Positions 62,619-64,000 of a stretch of 64,000 nt of DNA are shown here, in pieces (positions within the stretch are counted from its first letter, which is position 1; each line of letters begins with the position of its first letter). A program made the translations under genes and the position numbers. The notes beneath the pieces were generated by a model, which saw only the letters and a program-made list of their open reading frames with translations, ran no database searches and was not told where the DNA came from. This DNA comes from Syntrophorhabdaceae bacterium (GTDB lineage Bacteria > Desulfobacterota > Syntrophorhabdia > Syntrophorhabdales > Syntrophorhabdaceae), in NCBI GenBank assembly GCA_963666485.2, contig CAXXUO010000001.1, forward strand, positions 1,056,001 through 1,120,000, written 5' to 3'.

Positions 62619-64000
62619 GCCAGGCCCCCCGCATTGTCATGGTAACACGCGTACCATTGCTATTGGCGAGATGGAGGTCACCTTCGAGCTGTTCCACAAG
62701 CGTCATGACGAGCTTGAGCCCCAGGGATTCGGCGTTCCTGATGTCAAGGCCCTCGGGCAGGCCCACTCCATCGTCCGCAACGGTCAGGACCGTACCATTT
62801 TCACCGGACCTGAAGCCGACAAACACATTGCCCTGCCCCCTGCCCGGAAACGCGTGCTTGATCGCATTGGAAATGAGCTCGCTTATGATGAGACCGACGG
62901 GGACCATGGTATCAATATCAAGGAATGTTTCGTCAGAGTCAATAGTGTATTGCATATTATTCGCCATAACACCATAGGACCTGAACAGGTCCCGCAAGAG
63001 CTCCGCCGCATATTCACGGAAATGTATCCCGGACAGGTCGTCAGACTGGTACAGTTTTTGATGGACAAGCGCCATCGTCCTTACCCGTGACTGGCTGTCC
63101 CGGAATATCTCGAGCATCTTACCGTCTTTTATATGCACCGATTGCAGGCTCAGCAGGCTGGATATGATCTGCAGGTTGTTCTTGACCCGGTGATGGATCT
63201 CCTTGAGAAGGACCTCTTTTTCACCGAGCGAATCGCGCAGGCGGTCCTCGGACCTTTTCAAGTCGGTGATGTCCATGATGACACCCACCAATCCTTCAAT
63301 TTCTCCATTTTTCCCGAAAAAAGGCGCCTTGTGCGACATCAGATTGTGCCGGGCCCCGTCCGCATAGGGGATCGTGACCTCATATGTGTAGGGCTCTCCT
63401 GTGTCGAATACGACACCGTCTCCCGTCGTATTTATCTCCGCCACGTCCCGGGGCATGACGTCGAAAACGGTCTTGCCGGCGACAGCCTCCCGGGAAATCC
63501 CGAAAGCTTTTTCATACGCTTTGTTGCACCAGAGGTACCTGCCCCCGCGGTCTTTATAAAAGAGGGGAGCCGGCAGGGCATTTATCACACTTTCCAGGAG
63601 CAGGCGCTGTTTCTCGAGGGCCGCCTCCATCTGTTTGCGCGACGTTATGTCCCGGGCGGTCGCCAGGATGCAATATTCACCGTTCAGCGTGATGCGGTTC
63701 AGAAATACTTCGACGTCAAACAGCGACCCGTCGTGCGGTCGGCGGGCCTGCCATTCAAAATGGTGCGCGTGGCCCTGCAGGACGCGCTTCCAGATAGCCG
63801 TCAACCCGTCGCGGGATATGCCCGGCGCAGAATAATCCTCCACTATGGACAGGCCTGCGGCCTCGGCGCGGGTTACCCCGTACATTGCGAGCATCCGGTC
63901 GTTCACATCGATGATGCTGCCGTCACGCCGGTGAATGAATATCGCGTCGCTGATGCTGTCGAAAACGCTTTGAAGGGTCTCCTGCGAGCTTTGCAGGGCA
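62608..64000 (-). CDS. Multi-PAS HisKA_2 sensor histidine kinase (5' end beyond window)
   Basis: Frame open to the window end (ALQSSQETLQSVFDSISDAIFIH...); [18 protein letters not shown] and DDGVG motifs. Confidence 0.9.
   Translation of the reverse strand, partial: ALQSSQETLQSVFDSISDAIFIHRRDGSIIDVNDRMLAMYGVTRAEAAGLSIVEDYSAPGISRDGLTAIWKRVLQGHAHHFEWQARRPHDGSLFDVEVFLNRITLNGEYCILATARDITSRKQMEAALEKQRLLLESVINALPAPLFYKDRGGRYLWCNKAYEKAFGISREAVAGKTVFDVMPRDVAEINTTGDGVVFDTGEPYTYEVTIPYADGARHNLMSHKAPFFGKNGEIEGLVGVIMDITDLKRSEDRLRDSLGEKEVLLKEIHHRVKNNLQIISSLLSLQSVHIKDGKMLEIFRDSQSRVRTMALVHQKLYQSDDLSGIHFREYAAELLRDLFRSYGVMANNMQYTIDSDETFLDIDTMVPVGLIISELISNAIKHAFPGRGQGNVFVGFRSGENGTVLTVADDGVGLPEGLDIRNAESLGLKLVMTLVEQLEGDLHLANSNGTRVTMTMRGAWHEE

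Overview
Mostly core chromosome of a Gram-negative anaerobe. Gene order and protein types suggest a Desulfobacterota/deltaproteobacterial lineage, possibly Syntrophorhabdus-like (inference only). In order: (1) 1-15.6 kb, + strand: pyrG-kdsA-kdsD-[LptC+LptA fused in one ORF]-lptB-rpoN-hpf-ptsN-hprK-rapZ-EIIA(Man)-HPr-EI-metK-ahcY-PfkB kinase. (2) A multi-PAS hybrid kinase, MscS, GT9, an M48 protease and a DD-carboxypeptidase. (3) A LarA-family racemase divergent from GntR plus a Liv-type ABC importer. (4) hisA-hisF (two +1 frameshifts)-hisI-pgpA-cinA-thpR-recA-alaS-Crp-nadE. (5) Small genes, carB, a degenerate Lgt paralogue, rubredoxin/PerR/ferritin-like genes, epmA and tRNA-Ser(GCT). (6) A >14 kb minus-strand cluster of seven signalling genes (four HisKA_2 kinases, two hybrid kinases, one CheY-like protein) with no recognisable DNA-binding or enzymatic output domain, running off the window end. 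Non-coding DNA holds several palindromic 7/8-mer tandem-repeat elements, a 123 bp MITE-like hairpin between metK and ahcY, and a four-layer nested inverted-repeat structure at 42.2-42.65 kb. I saw no transposase, integrase, prophage, CRISPR array or rRNA. The best candidates for undescribed biology are the nested repeat structure and its repeat family, the LptC-LptA fusion, the output-less kinase cluster, the LarA/ABC module and the Lgt pseudo-enzyme. None is proven from sequence alone.
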